DNA of 64,000 nucleotides from Nitrospirota bacterium. GTDB lineage: Bacteria; Nitrospirota; UBA9217. Below the pieces are notes generated by a model. The model ran no database searches. It saw nothing but the letters and a program-made list of their open reading frames with translations, and had not been told where the DNA came from. Of the stretch, positions 1 through 10,157 are shown piece by piece. The stretch's first letter is position 1. Every line of letters starts with the position of its first letter. The stretch lies in contig DATJAO010000062.1 in assembly GCA_035516175.1 (NCBI GenBank), positions 14,040 through 78,039 on the forward strand. The letters run 5' to 3'. Made by a program: the position numbers and the translations under genes.

Positions 1-2058
1 AAAGGTGCGATAGTGCTGGTCAGCAAGCAGGGTCGTCGGCACGAGCACCGCGACCTGTAAGCCATCCTCTACCGCCTTAAATGAAGCCCGGAGTGCGACC
101 TCGGTTTTGCCATAGCCAACGTCGCCACACACAAGCCGGTCCATGGGCCGCGGCTGCTGCATGTCGGCGAGCACCTCCTCGATGGCCTTCTGCTGGTCCG
201 GCGTCTCCTCGTAGGGGAAGGCGGCTTCGAACTCGCGGTAAAGGTTATCTGGCGGGGTGAAGGACGACCGCTGCATGGCTTCGCGTGCGGCGTAGATAGC
301 CGCGAGCGACCGCGCCATCTCGAGGATATCCTTCTTAACTTTCTCCTTGGTCTTGGCCCATATGAGGGCGCCAAGCCGGTCGAGCTTCGGCGCCGAGCCT
401 TCGACGCCGATATACTTCTGCACCTTGTCGAGGCTGTAGAGCGGGACATAGAGTTTCGCATCGGGTTCGTAGCGGAGCATAAGGAAGTCGGTCTCGAACC
501 CGTCGACATTGATGTGAGTTAGCCCCTGGTACTCTCCTACACCGTAGTCGGTGTGCACAACGAAATCGCCCGGCTTAAGCTCTTTAAACGTAGAGAGAAA
601 AGGAGCAATGACGGGCTTCTTCGCTGAAGGCCGGTGAACCTTTCTGCCGAAAATCTCTTCTTCAGTGATGAGAGTGAGGCCGAGTGCCTCCCAAGCAAAT
701 CCCTCCGAGAGCCTTCCGACCGTCACCGTGACCGGCCATGGTCCGGCTTCCTCGTTTGCGATCGGGGATCCGATGGCCACCCCGAGGCCGTATTCCGTGC
801 ACAGCCTCTTGAGCCGAGCGGCCGCTTCATCGGTGCCGCAGATGATCGAAACGCGGTTGAACCCCCTGAGCTGCTTCAGCTTTTCCACGAGCCCAGCCAT
901 GGTGCCATCGATCGGTTGACTGCCCTTGTTCTCCCTGTCGATCGGATTCGTAAGCCGGACCCCAAGCCATGCGGATGATTTTGTGTCCATTCGATATCCA
1001 CCGCCGGTGCCGAGCAGACGGATGTTCAGCACAGGAAAGTTCGATAGCTCAGCCTTGATATTCTCCTGATCAAGATAAAGTCCTGTGACCTCCGGCAGGG
1101 GTCGGCTCTCTCCGATCTCTTCTTGCCTCCCCTCGGCTATCTTGCGACCCTGCTCCTCAATCTCTTTGTTGATGTCATCTGGCTCTATGAGGGCAATAAT
1201 ACTGTTCTCCGGCAGATACTTGAACAGACCTTCCATATCATAAAAGAACGGTGCGAGGAACTCTCCTCCCGGGGGGAGCATCCCCTCCCTGATCTGGTCG
1301 GTCAAGGCTTTATCTTCCATACAGCGGCTAAATTGCTCGATCCCCTTCTCGTTGATGATAAGCTCCCGTACTGGGAGTACCACTGCTTCCTTGATCTCCG
1401 CTGTCGAGCGCTGGGTCTCAGGATCGAACGAGCGCAAGGACTCAACGGTATCACCGAAGAATTCCATTCGGATGGGATTCTCGTGAATCGGAGAGAAGAA
1501 GTCAATGATACCTCCCCTCCTGCTGAACTCTCCCACACGGGTGACCAGCGATGCGGATTCGTAGCCCGTGGAAACGAGGGCTGCAACGAGGCTTTCAGGG
1601 TCGATCTGTGTTGCGATTGTGATGGTCTTTACCGAGTCGGCAAACAGATCCCAGGGCGGTAGCTTCAGCATCAAGGCCTGGACAGGGGCTACATAAATGC
1701 CGGTCGTGCCGGAAATCAAGTTGTAGAGGAACCGCATGCGCTCGCCTACAGTGCGGCTGTCGGGAGAGTCTGCCTCAAAGGGAAGCACGCCCCAGGCCGG
1801 GAGTCCGAGGATTTCGGTCTTAGACGCCTCTATTCCGGCAATCCTTATCGTGCTCATAAAGAAGCGCAGATCTTCGAGCAACGTCGCCGCCTCTTCCTCG
1901 GTCGATGTAACAACCACGAGAGGCCGCCCCGATTCACGCTGCAGACCTGACAAAAAAAGGGCCTTCGATGCCCCCCAGAGCTCACTCACCTCTATGGTTT
2001 TGCTGTTGGCCTTGACTTCACCAATGATGGGCAGGAGTATGTCGCGTATGCTCTTCAT
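1..2058 (-). CDS. mfd: Transcription-repair coupling factor Mfd, N-terminal 686 codons; the 3' part lies beyond the window start
   Basis: Absent from the ORF track because the frame never reaches a stop inside the window. Hand translation from the reverse-strand ATG at 2058 gives MKSIRDILLPIIGEVKANSKTIEVSELWGASKALFLSGLQRESGRPLVVVTSTEEEAATLLEDLRFF. A mid-gene check near 1560 gives VTRVGEFSRRGGIID. The window edge reads RPMDRLVCGDVGYGKTEVALRASFKAVEDGLQVAVLVPTTLLADQHYRTF (SF2 helicase motif I). The frame was spot-checked at these three places only. Confidence 0.88.
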   Translation of the reverse strand, partial: MKSIRDILLPIIGEVKANSKTIEVSELWGASKALFLSGLQRESGRPLVVVTSTEEEAATLLEDLRFFMSTIRIAGIEASKTEILGLPAWGVLPFEADSPDSRTVGERMRFLYNLISGTTGIYVAPVQALMLKLPPWDLFADSVKTITIATQIDPESLVAALVSTGYESASLVTRVGEFSRRGGIIDFFSPIHENPIRMEFFGDTVESLRSFDPETQRSTAEIKEAVVLPVRELIINEKGIEQFSRCMEDKALTDQIREGMLPPGGEFLAPFFYDMEGLFKYLPENSIIALIEPDDINKEIEEQGRKIAEGRQEEIGESRPLPEVTGLYLDQENIKAELSNFPVLNIRLLGTGGGYRMDTKSSAWLGVRLTNPIDRENKGSQPIDGTMAGLVEKLKQLRGFNRVSIICGTDEAAARLKRLCTEYGLGVAIGSPIANEEAGPWPVTVTVGRLSEGFAWEALGLTLITEEEIFGRKVHRPSAKKPVIAPFLSTFKELKPGDFVVHTDYGVGEYQGLTHINVDGFETDFLMLRYEPDAKLYVPLYSLDKVQKYIGVEGSAPKLDRLGALIWAKTKEKVKKDILEMARSLAAIYAAREAMQRSSFTPPDNLYREFEAAFPYEETPDQQKAIEEVLADMQQPRPMDRLVCGDVGYGKTEVALRASFKAVEDGLQVAVLVPTTLLADQHYRTF

Positions 2059-2131
2059 GGAAGAGGCACTATAACACACCAAGCCAGTCAATTCAACCCA
2101 GCGGCTCAGTCGCGGCCGGAGCAGAATTGTC

Positions 2132-2160
2132 TTGATATTGGCGTCTTTCTTGGTTAGAAT
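2132..2160 (+). promoter_or_regulatory. Candidate sigma-70 promoter (TTGATA-17 nt-TAGAAT) upstream of the GIY-YIG gene
   Basis: TTGATA at 2132-2137, 17-nt spacer, TAGAAT at 2155-2160. The predicted transcript start falls only about 3 nt before the GTG at 2170. Confidence 0.35.
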
Positions 2161-2169
2161 CTCCACACA

Positions 2170-2460
2170 GTGATTTCGCTGAAAAACAAGAGCTCTGCTC
2201 AAAACCTGAACTGGTTTCTCTATATTCTCAAGTGCAGCGATGGCACGCTGTATACCGGCATCACTAATGACCTTTCCCGCCGCATGAACCAGCACAATAA
2301 CGGCAGCGCGTCCCGCTACACCCGGAGCCGTAGGCCTGTTCAGTGCTTGTACCATGAGACCTGTCCCAGCCGTTCCCACGCGCTGAAAAGAGAGCTCGCG
2401 GTAAAATCACTGCCGAAAAAAGAAAAAGAGAGGCTGATCAGTAAACTAAAGCGGAACTGA
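2170..2460 (+). CDS. GIY-YIG nuclease superfamily protein (YhbQ/UPF0213-like)
   Basis: 96 aa. The stretch WFLYILKCSDGTLYTGITNDLSRRMNQHNNGSASRYTRSRRPVQCLY matches the GIY-YIG small-protein pattern. GTG start. Confidence 0.75.
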   Translation: MISLKNKSSAQNLNWFLYILKCSDGTLYTGITNDLSRRMNQHNNGSASRYTRSRRPVQCLYHETCPSRSHALKRELAVKSLPKKEKERLISKLKRN

Positions 2461-2490
2461 TCTTTTGAACACTGGGAGGGCGGTCATCGT

Positions 2491-4407
2491 ATGGGCAGGT
2501 ACGAAGAAATATTTGCGAGAAGCATCCGGGACCCGCAGGGGTTCTGGGGAGAGGCTGCCGGAGCGATCTCATGGTACAAAAAATGGGACAGGGTGCTTGA
2601 TGACTCCAAACCACCGTTCTACCGTTGGTTCTCAGGCGCCGAACTGAACACCTGTTACAACGCCCTAGACCGACACGTGGAGGGCGGCCGCGCGGACCAG
2701 ACTGCCCTTATCTACGACAGTCCGGTTACAAAACAGATAGAGCGTTTCACCTACCGAGAGCTGCGCGATAAAACTGCAAAGTTCGCCGGTGTGCTCAGGG
2801 ACCAGGGTGTCAAAAAAGGAGATCCTGTCGTCATTTACATGCCGATGATACCTGAGGCTGTTGTAGCAATGCTCGCCTGTGCGCGCCTAGGCGCAGTGCA
2901 CTCCGTTGTCTTCGGCGGCTTCGCTCCGCACGAACTTGCCATCAGGATCGATGACGCCAAACCCAGCGTCGTCATTACGGCATCGGGTGCAATCGAAGTA
3001 ACACGGCCGATCCGGTACAAACCCATGGTTGACAAGGCCTTCGAGCTCGCATCGCACACGCCCAAGACATGCATCGTGTTCCAGCGGCCGCAGTTTAAGG
3101 CCGAGATGATGCCTGGCCGCGATGTTGATTGGGAACAGCTCATGGCAAAGACACAACCTGCAGACTGCGTGCCCGTCAAGGCCACGGACCCGCTTTACAT
3201 CCTCTATACCTCCGGCACCACAGGCTTGCCCAAGGGGGTGGTGCGCGACAACGGCGGCCACGCCGTGGCACTCCACTGGAGCATGGATCATATCTACGGA
3301 GTGAAGCCAGGCGACGTGTACTGGGCCGCGTCGGACGTGGGCTGGGTCGTGGGCCATTCCTACATCGTGTATGGTCCCCTTTTGGCCGGCTGTTCCACTA
3401 TTCTCTATGAAGGAAAATCCGTCGGAACCCCTGATCCGGGCGCGTTCTGGCGTGTCATCTGTGAGCATAAGGTCAAAGTGTTGTTCACCGCTCCCACAGC
3501 GTTCCGGGCGATCAAGAAGGAAGACCCGAACGGCGAGCATATCAGGAAATACGACCTTACGGGGTTTAAGTACCTCTTCCTGGCGGGTGAGCGGCTCGAC
3601 CCCGATACCTACCATTGGGCTACGAATTTACTCAACAAGCCGGTCATCGACCACTGGTGGCAGACCGAAACCGGTTGGCCTATCACGGCAAACCCCATGG
3701 GCATCGAGGATTTTCCGATCAAACCCGGTTCATCCACCAAACCCGTACCGGGATTCGATGTCCGTATTCTGGACGGCAGCGGCAGAGAGCAGGCGCCGAA
3801 CAATGAAGGCGTGGTCGTGGTAAAGATGCCGCTCCCGCCCGGAACTCTCCAGACCCTCTGGAACGCAGATGATCGGTTCGTGAAGTCCTACACGAACATT
3901 TATCCTGGTTACTACTACACGAGCGACGGCGGGTATAAGGATGGCGATGGATATGTCTATATTATGGGCCGCATTGACGACGTGATCAATGTCGCGGGCC
4001 ACCGTCTCTCCACGGGAGAGATGGAGGAGATCGTCTCGACACACCAGGCCGTGGCCGAGTGTGCGGTGATCGGAGCGGCTGATCCGCTCAAGGGCCAGCT
4101 CCCTCTCGGCTTTGTGGTCTTGAAGTCAGGCGTAAGCGCTCCTAAGGAGATCATCGAGGAAGAGCTTGTCCAGCTCGTGCGGAACGAGATCGGACCTATC
4201 GCCTGCTTCAGGAAGGTGGCTGTCGTGAATCGGCTGCCGAAGACGCGTTCCGGCAAGATCCTGCGCGGGACCATGAGGAAGATAGCAGATGGCGAAGCAT
4301 ACAAAATGCCCTCGACTATTGACGATCCAGCCATTCTTGGAGAGATCGAGACAGCACTTAAGGAAATCGGCTACGCACTGCACAACGGTGCAACCGGTTT
4401 TCAATAA
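2491..4407 (+). CDS. prpE: Propionate--CoA ligase-like acyl-CoA synthetase (AMP-forming)
   Basis: 638 aa. The N-terminus YEEIFARSIRDPQGFWGEAAGAISW...PPFYRWFSGAELNTCYNALDRHV follows the PrpE/Acs pattern. The AMP-binding motif YTSGTTGLPKG is present. PrpE versus Acs cannot be settled by eye. Confidence 0.8.
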   Translation: MGRYEEIFARSIRDPQGFWGEAAGAISWYKKWDRVLDDSKPPFYRWFSGAELNTCYNALDRHVEGGRADQTALIYDSPVTKQIERFTYRELRDKTAKFAGVLRDQGVKKGDPVVIYMPMIPEAVVAMLACARLGAVHSVVFGGFAPHELAIRIDDAKPSVVITASGAIEVTRPIRYKPMVDKAFELASHTPKTCIVFQRPQFKAEMMPGRDVDWEQLMAKTQPADCVPVKATDPLYILYTSGTTGLPKGVVRDNGGHAVALHWSMDHIYGVKPGDVYWAASDVGWVVGHSYIVYGPLLAGCSTILYEGKSVGTPDPGAFWRVICEHKVKVLFTAPTAFRAIKKEDPNGEHIRKYDLTGFKYLFLAGERLDPDTYHWATNLLNKPVIDHWWQTETGWPITANPMGIEDFPIKPGSSTKPVPGFDVRILDGSGREQAPNNEGVVVVKMPLPPGTLQTLWNADDRFVKSYTNIYPGYYYTSDGGYKDGDGYVYIMGRIDDVINVAGHRLSTGEMEEIVSTHQAVAECAVIGAADPLKGQLPLGFVVLKSGVSAPKEIIEEELVQLVRNEIGPIACFRKVAVVNRLPKTRSGKILRGTMRKIADGEAYKMPSTIDDPAILGEIETALKEIGYALHNGATGFQ

Positions 4408-4419
4408 AAGATTGTTTGC

Positions 4420-5568
4420 ATGAAAGACCGATCATTCGAACGTTACAGACGGGATTTTCCCATAACGGAGAAGTACATCTACCTCGACCACGCAGGCGTG
4501 GCACCGGCTTCGCTCAGGGTTAAAGCAGCGGTCGAAAAGTTCCTGGCGGAATCCGCTGAGTGCGGGGCGTTCCAATACCCGCAGTGGGTGCAGCGGGTCA
4601 ACGACATCAGAAGATCCTGCGCAAGACTCATCAATGCCGAAATCGACGAGATCGCCTTCGTCAGAAGCACGTCTCACGGTCTCTCCCTTGTTGCCGAGGG
4701 CCTCGACTGGGAACGGGGCGACAACCTCCTGATCTACGAAAAGGAATTTCCTTCCAATATATACCCTTGGACCAATCTCGCTAGAAAGGGAGTAGAGCGA
4801 AGGGTCATCCCCTCACGAGGGGGCAGAATCCGTATCGATGACATCGGGCGGCTCATGGATTCCCGGACGAGGCTGCTTGCGATAAGCTCGGTGCAGTTCG
4901 CGAACGGGTTCCGAATAGACCTGAAAAGTTTGGGCAACCTCTGTCGTAATAGAGGAGCTCTTCTCTGTGTTGACGCAATCCAGAGCCTTGGAGCATTTCC
5001 CATGGATGTCAAGGCGAGTCGTATCGATTTCCTCGCCGCCGACGCGCACAAGTGGCTCCTCGGCCCTGAAGGTATTGGAATATTTTACTGTAGAAAGGAA
5101 CTTGCCGAACAGCTTAATCCGCTGCTCATCGGATGGAAAAGTGTACAGAATGAGCTTGATTTTGATAACCCGGCCTTCCGTCTGAAGTCAGACGCTTTGA
5201 GATTCGAAGAGGGCTCGATGAATCTCATGGGCATTTTGGGACTCGGCGCCGCAATTGACCTTCTGTTCGAGGTCGGGATCGAAAACATCGAGCAGCGAGT
5301 GCTTTGTCTCGGAGATCTAATCACCCATGAAGCTGAAGAGAGAGGCTATACCTTGATGACGCCGAAGGTCCGCGAGGAACGGGGTGGAAATATAACAATT
5401 TGCGGGAAGTTCGACCCAGCAAAAATGAAGGATGCGTTACGAGAGGAAGGCATTATGGTGAACGTCCGCGGCGGCGGACTCCGGGTCTCACCACATTTTT
5501 ATAATACGGAAGAAGAAATACGAGCATTCTTCAAAACACTTGACCGCCTCCTTAACAGGTCGTTTTAA
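4420..5568 (+). CDS. Class V aminotransferase / cysteine desulfurase-like PLP enzyme
   Basis: 382 aa. Carries the LAADAHKWLLGPEGIGIFY lysine motif region typical of class V PLP enzymes. Starts 12 nt after prpE. Confidence 0.8.
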   Translation: MKDRSFERYRRDFPITEKYIYLDHAGVAPASLRVKAAVEKFLAESAECGAFQYPQWVQRVNDIRRSCARLINAEIDEIAFVRSTSHGLSLVAEGLDWERGDNLLIYEKEFPSNIYPWTNLARKGVERRVIPSRGGRIRIDDIGRLMDSRTRLLAISSVQFANGFRIDLKSLGNLCRNRGALLCVDAIQSLGAFPMDVKASRIDFLAADAHKWLLGPEGIGIFYCRKELAEQLNPLLIGWKSVQNELDFDNPAFRLKSDALRFEEGSMNLMGILGLGAAIDLLFEVGIENIEQRVLCLGDLITHEAEERGYTLMTPKVREERGGNITICGKFDPAKMKDALREEGIMVNVRGGGLRVSPHFYNTEEEIRAFFKTLDRLLNRSF

Positions 5569-5914
5569 CTTACTCCCTGGCCTGATGAGACGGTTTTTAC
5601 GGCGTAGATGATAATACACCAGCCGTTCCTCAGACTATGGTCAACTGTTCGACAAGGCCTTAACATCACTCGACCAGTGTTAGTGACAGTTCGCATACCG
5701 GGGTCTCACCGGCTCGGGCGGTATGGTCACAAGCCGTGATCGATCCCCGCCAGGGACAAGTGACGGCGAGGATCGGGAAGCTCCCGACCGGCCGCGTGCT
5801 GCAAGCATTGCTTTGTCTTGCCGAGATACCGCTGCCCAGTGAGATCGGCGCTTTAAATCATACCTTGCGCCATGAGACCCGCTCTGCCGACTTTTCAATT
5901 CGCCGTCAAATCTC

Positions 5915-5943
5915 TTGACAATGAACACGATCTCGGTATATAT
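5915..5943 (+). promoter_or_regulatory. Candidate sigma-70 promoter for htpG (TTGACA, 16-17 nt spacer, TATATA)
   Basis: TTGACA at 5915-5920 and TATATA/ATATAT at 5937-5943. This leaves a leader of about 90 nt before the htpG ATG at 6037. Confidence 0.5.
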
Positions 5944-6036
5944 AGACGGTTTGAAGAATGAGATCTGCCGTTATCGACAACGAGCGTCCGGGTGGCATGT
6001 CCGCGGCCTGCATGACAGCAAAGAATGAGGTGATCT

Positions 6037-7944
6037 ATGAGCGTTGAAAAAATGGAGTTCAAGACCGAGGTCAAAGAGCTTTTGGATCTCATGATCCACT
6101 CGCTCTATTCTCACAAGGAGATCTTCCTGAGGGAGCTCATTTCAAACGCATCCGATGCCATCGACAAGGCGCGTTACGAATCGCTAACAAACAAGGAGGT
6201 CCTCGAGAATTGCGGTGAATGGCGGATCAAGATCATCGTCGATAAGACCGCCGGCACGCTGACGGTCAGCGACAACGGCATCGGCATGAACCATGACGAG
6301 GTCATCGTGGAGCTCGGAACCATCGCGCACTCGGGCACGAAGGACTTCGTTCGCGCTCTTCAGAGCAAGGAGCTCAAGGACAAGCCGGAGCTCATCGGAC
6401 AATTCGGCGTAGGATTTTATTCATCATTCATGGTCGCTGACAAGGTCACGGTCATAACCAGAAAGGCGACGGAAAAAACCACAAAGGCCGTTAAATGGGA
6501 ATCCAATGCCGGCAGTTCTTTTACCATCGATGAGGCCGAGAAGGATCGGGCTGGGACCGATGTGATCCTCCACCTCAAGACGGAGGACAGGAATTATCTG
6601 GACGAATGGGAGATCCGATCGATTATCAGAAAATACTCGGATTACATCGAGCACCCCGTGGTCATGGACATTGAGCGGGAAAAGGAAGACCCGCTCGACA
6701 AGCACAAGAAGATCAAGGTCACTGAAGAAGAGACCATGAACGCCGGCAAGGCCCTCTGGCTTAAGGACCCGTCTGTTGTTAAAGCCGAAGAATACAATGA
6801 GTTCTACAAGCACATCTCCCATGATTTCGGCGATCCAGCGAAAGTCATCCATTACCGCGCCGAAGGAGCTTCGGAGTTCATTGCACTACTCTATATCCCC
6901 TCAAAGGCGCCCTACGGGATCCTCTACAAGGACTACAAGATCGGGCCGACGCTCTACGTCAAACGGGTCCAGATTATGGACCACTGCGAGCAGCTCATAC
7001 CCGAATACTTGCGCTTTGTGAGGGGCGTCGTGGACTCTTCAGACCTTCCGCTAAACGTTTCGCGGGAGATTCTGCAGTCGAACCGGCATGTTGAGGTCAT
7101 AAAAAGGAATATCACTAAGAAAGTGCTCGATACCTTGGCGGACATGAAAAAGAACGCTTTTGATACTTATGTCGATTTTCATAAGGAGTTCGGCAGGATC
7201 CTGAAGGAAGGCATCCATTTCGATTTTTCCCGAAAGGAGCAGATCGCCGATCTTCTCCTGTTTCCGTCCACCAAGACAGGGCCGGGTAAGTACACGACCT
7301 TCGACGACTACGTGAAGAACATGCCGATCGCGCAGGGCGAGATCTATTACATCACGGGTAAGCCCGATGAAAACGTTACACAGTCGCCCTATCTCGAGGC
7401 GTTCCGCGAAAAGGGGTATGAAGTCCTGATCATGACTGATGATATCGATGACTTCATCATGCTGGATCTGCAGGAATACAAGGACAAGAGAATCAAGTCG
7501 GTCATCAAGGGTGAGATCAGCCTCGACAAGGACAAGCAGGCGGAGAAAGAAAGATCGAAAGAGAGGTTCGAGAGGCTGCTTGCCGCGATAAAAGAGCAGT
7601 TAAAGGAAGAGGTAAAGGACGTGCGCCTTTCCGGCAGGCTCAAGGACTCGGCTTGCTGCCTCGTCGCCGACGAGGGAGGGCTCGATCCGCAGATGGAAAA
7701 ACTCCTGAAGTCCATGGGTCAGGAAGTGCCTTCTCAAAAGAGGATTCTGGAGATTAATCCCTCGCACCGGATCTTCGAGGCCATGAATGATCTCATTGCA
7801 CAGGGCGGACATGAAGCGATCGTGAAGGAGTATATCGACCTGCTGTATGACCAGGCGCTCCTCCTCGAAGGCTCCAAGGTCAAGGACCCTGCGGCATTTG
7901 CAAAATCCATAGCAAAGCTTATGCTCGAAAATGTGAAGCAGTAA
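6037..7944 (+). CDS. htpG: Molecular chaperone HtpG (Hsp90)
   Basis: 635 aa. Hsp90 signature stretch LLDLMIHSLYSHKEIFLRELISNASDAIDKARY and the motif GQFGVGFYSSFMVADKV. Confidence 0.97.
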   Translation: MSVEKMEFKTEVKELLDLMIHSLYSHKEIFLRELISNASDAIDKARYESLTNKEVLENCGEWRIKIIVDKTAGTLTVSDNGIGMNHDEVIVELGTIAHSGTKDFVRALQSKELKDKPELIGQFGVGFYSSFMVADKVTVITRKATEKTTKAVKWESNAGSSFTIDEAEKDRAGTDVILHLKTEDRNYLDEWEIRSIIRKYSDYIEHPVVMDIEREKEDPLDKHKKIKVTEEETMNAGKALWLKDPSVVKAEEYNEFYKHISHDFGDPAKVIHYRAEGASEFIALLYIPSKAPYGILYKDYKIGPTLYVKRVQIMDHCEQLIPEYLRFVRGVVDSSDLPLNVSREILQSNRHVEVIKRNITKKVLDTLADMKKNAFDTYVDFHKEFGRILKEGIHFDFSRKEQIADLLLFPSTKTGPGKYTTFDDYVKNMPIAQGEIYYITGKPDENVTQSPYLEAFREKGYEVLIMTDDIDDFIMLDLQEYKDKRIKSVIKGEISLDKDKQAEKERSKERFERLLAAIKEQLKEEVKDVRLSGRLKDSACCLVADEGGLDPQMEKLLKSMGQEVPSQKRILEINPSHRIFEAMNDLIAQGGHEAIVKEYIDLLYDQALLLEGSKVKDPAAFAKSIAKLMLENVKQ

Positions 7945-8017
7945 TCGCTTTGTTTTGACTCTGTTTCGCGTCTGTTTCGCCCAAATCAGGTTGTGACTTG
8001 CTTTCTAGACGAAAACC

Positions 8018-9139
8018 ATGAAAACAGCCTTTGTTTACTCTGATAAATTCGCCAAGTTCGATTACGGGTCAAGCCACCCATTAAAGCCTTTCCGCTTGAA
8101 GCTTACCTATGATTTAATCACGGCTTGCCACCTCCTTGCTTCTCCGGACCCGCGAGTGGTCGAACCTCCTCTGGCGAGAACCGAAGACCTGCTGACACAT
8201 CATACCAAAGATTATATCGACATCCTGCGGGCTGTAGACAACGGCGAGTACGTGGCAGGCGCCGAAGCATACGGGCTTGGTCCCGGCGACAATCCCGTCT
8301 TTCCCGGTGTGTTCAACTGGTCAAGACTCGTTGCAGGCGCATCACTCAAGGCAGCAGACCTCGTTGACAGCAATGAAGTCGCGATCGCGTTCAACATCGC
8401 GGGCGGACTCCATCACGCGCATGTTTCACAGGCCTCTGGTTTCTGTTATATCAACGATCCCGTGCTCGTTATCAAGTTTCTGGTTAACCGGGGAAGAAAG
8501 GTCGCTTATATCGATATCGACGCCCACCACGCCGACGGCGTCCAGGAGGCGTTTTACGGCACGGACAAGGTCCTGACCATTTCCCTGCATGAAACGGGAC
8601 AAGGGCTCTTCCCGGGCTCGGGATTCGAGCACGAGATTGGCGAGGGCGTGGGGAAAGGATATAGCGTGAACATCCCGCTGCCTCCGGAAACTGGCGACGA
8701 ACTCTTCACCCATGCATTTACCGAAATCATTCCTCAGCTCGTAGCTTCCTTCAAACCCGACATCGTCGTGAGCCAGCTCGGGGTAGATACGTTCCGGAGC
8801 GATCCGCTTGCCCACTTGAACATGACGACGAATGGCTTTTGCCACGTGGTCAGGATGATTAAGTCTATGGCCTCAAAGTGGGTTGCCTTGGGCGGTGGAG
8901 GTTATGACATCGCGAACGTGGCCCGAGCGTGGACTCTCGCATGGGCGATCATGAACGACGTTGATGCCCCTGAAGAGATCCCCGAAAACTTTCTCCTTCA
9001 GTATCCCGATGCCGGTTTCTTGAGCAGGAAACTGCGGGATAAACCGCCTGTTATGGAGGGAGGAAAGGAAGAATTGATGAGGATGGAAGTGGACAGGGTG
9101 ATCAAGTATATCAAAGAGCATATGACTAGTCGCATCTGA
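8018..9139 (+). CDS. acuC: Histone deacetylase family protein (acetoin utilisation AcuC-like)
   Basis: 373 aa. Motifs GGLHHA, FCYINDPV and DIDAHHADGVQEAFY of class I HDAC/AcuC enzymes. Confidence 0.88.
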   Translation: MKTAFVYSDKFAKFDYGSSHPLKPFRLKLTYDLITACHLLASPDPRVVEPPLARTEDLLTHHTKDYIDILRAVDNGEYVAGAEAYGLGPGDNPVFPGVFNWSRLVAGASLKAADLVDSNEVAIAFNIAGGLHHAHVSQASGFCYINDPVLVIKFLVNRGRKVAYIDIDAHHADGVQEAFYGTDKVLTISLHETGQGLFPGSGFEHEIGEGVGKGYSVNIPLPPETGDELFTHAFTEIIPQLVASFKPDIVVSQLGVDTFRSDPLAHLNMTTNGFCHVVRMIKSMASKWVALGGGGYDIANVARAWTLAWAIMNDVDAPEEIPENFLLQYPDAGFLSRKLRDKPPVMEGGKEELMRMEVDRVIKYIKEHMTSRI

Positions 9140-9452
9140 TCTTGGGCCGTGTCAGCACCTCTTTACTCTAATTATCATGCCACGCTCTGCTTTAAGCCCC
9201 CCCTGCTGTTCCATCGGACGCTCCATTCAACGTTTGGAACGCCGTAAACTCAGACAGCCACAAAAACCCACCTTGACATAGGCCGTCACTTGGTTTATCT
9301 ATAACCCTTGTAATTGACCCGGGACGACAAGACATCCCTCGAAGGAAATCTTATGCTAATATTAAAGAGTGGTATTTTTACGAGTATATATTGCAAGACA
9401 TTCTGTGTGAACAATAGTACCCATCAGGGCCAGGGACCTCAGGTGCCATTCA

Positions 9453-10019
9453 ATGTTTACTTCTATCTTTTTGAAAATACTGAACAGGGAAGCATCGTCT
9501 GCTAGGAGCAAGCCCGAAGAAATCCTCGAACGGCTTGACATTAGGGAGGGGCAGGCAATCGCGGACATCGGCTCGGGGGGCGGATATTTCACGCTTGCCT
9601 TTGCTCGGAAGGTAGGCAAGACTGGCCACGTATATGCGGTTGATATCAAAAAGAAGTACCTGGAATTCATCATGCGTCGTTCAGAGCAGGCGGGGCTCGA
9701 CAATATCATCTGCGTCCTCGCGGGGGAGGAAGAGATGAACCTGCCGGAAGCCGGTCTCGATCTTGTTTTCGCAAGGAACGTGTTTCATCATCTGCCCGAA
9801 CCGGCAAATTACTTCGCCAATCTTATTAAATATCTGAAGCGGGCCGGAAAAGCCGCTGTCATCGAGCACAAAAAGAAAGGCTTTGGCTTTGTCGCTCTCT
9901 TTGGGCATCATACATCCCGGCACGCTATCGTGCGGGAGATGGAGAGAGCGGGATACTGCCCGGCGGGGTCTTTCGATATCCTGCCGGACCAGTCCTTTAC
10001 CCTGTTCGCTGTGAAATAA
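9453..10019 (+). CDS. Class I SAM-dependent methyltransferase
   Basis: 188 aa. SAM motif I AIADIGSGGGYFTLAFA, followed by VFARNVFHHL. Confidence 0.75.
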   Translation: MFTSIFLKILNREASSARSKPEEILERLDIREGQAIADIGSGGGYFTLAFARKVGKTGHVYAVDIKKKYLEFIMRRSEQAGLDNIICVLAGEEEMNLPEAGLDLVFARNVFHHLPEPANYFANLIKYLKRAGKAAVIEHKKKGFGFVALFGHHTSRHAIVREMERAGYCPAGSFDILPDQSFTLFAVK

Positions 10020-10157
10020 ATGCCGATCATGTGAGGATTGCTGGTTATCGGGGGTGTGCGAGATTTACATGATCGGGGTGCATGTATACCACGTTAGTAA
10101 GATGTTTGCCCAAATATTTCTCATGGTTGGTCACAACTATCCCCCATCACATACAAT

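Noticed and set aside
69-1662. Track ORFs 69..509(-), 634..978(+), 1123..1662(+) and 1302..1586(-) inside the first 2 kb
   Set aside because: They are Arg/Ser/Pro-rich, motif-free shadow ORFs. They overlap the mfd reading frame, which is absent from the track only because it runs off the window.
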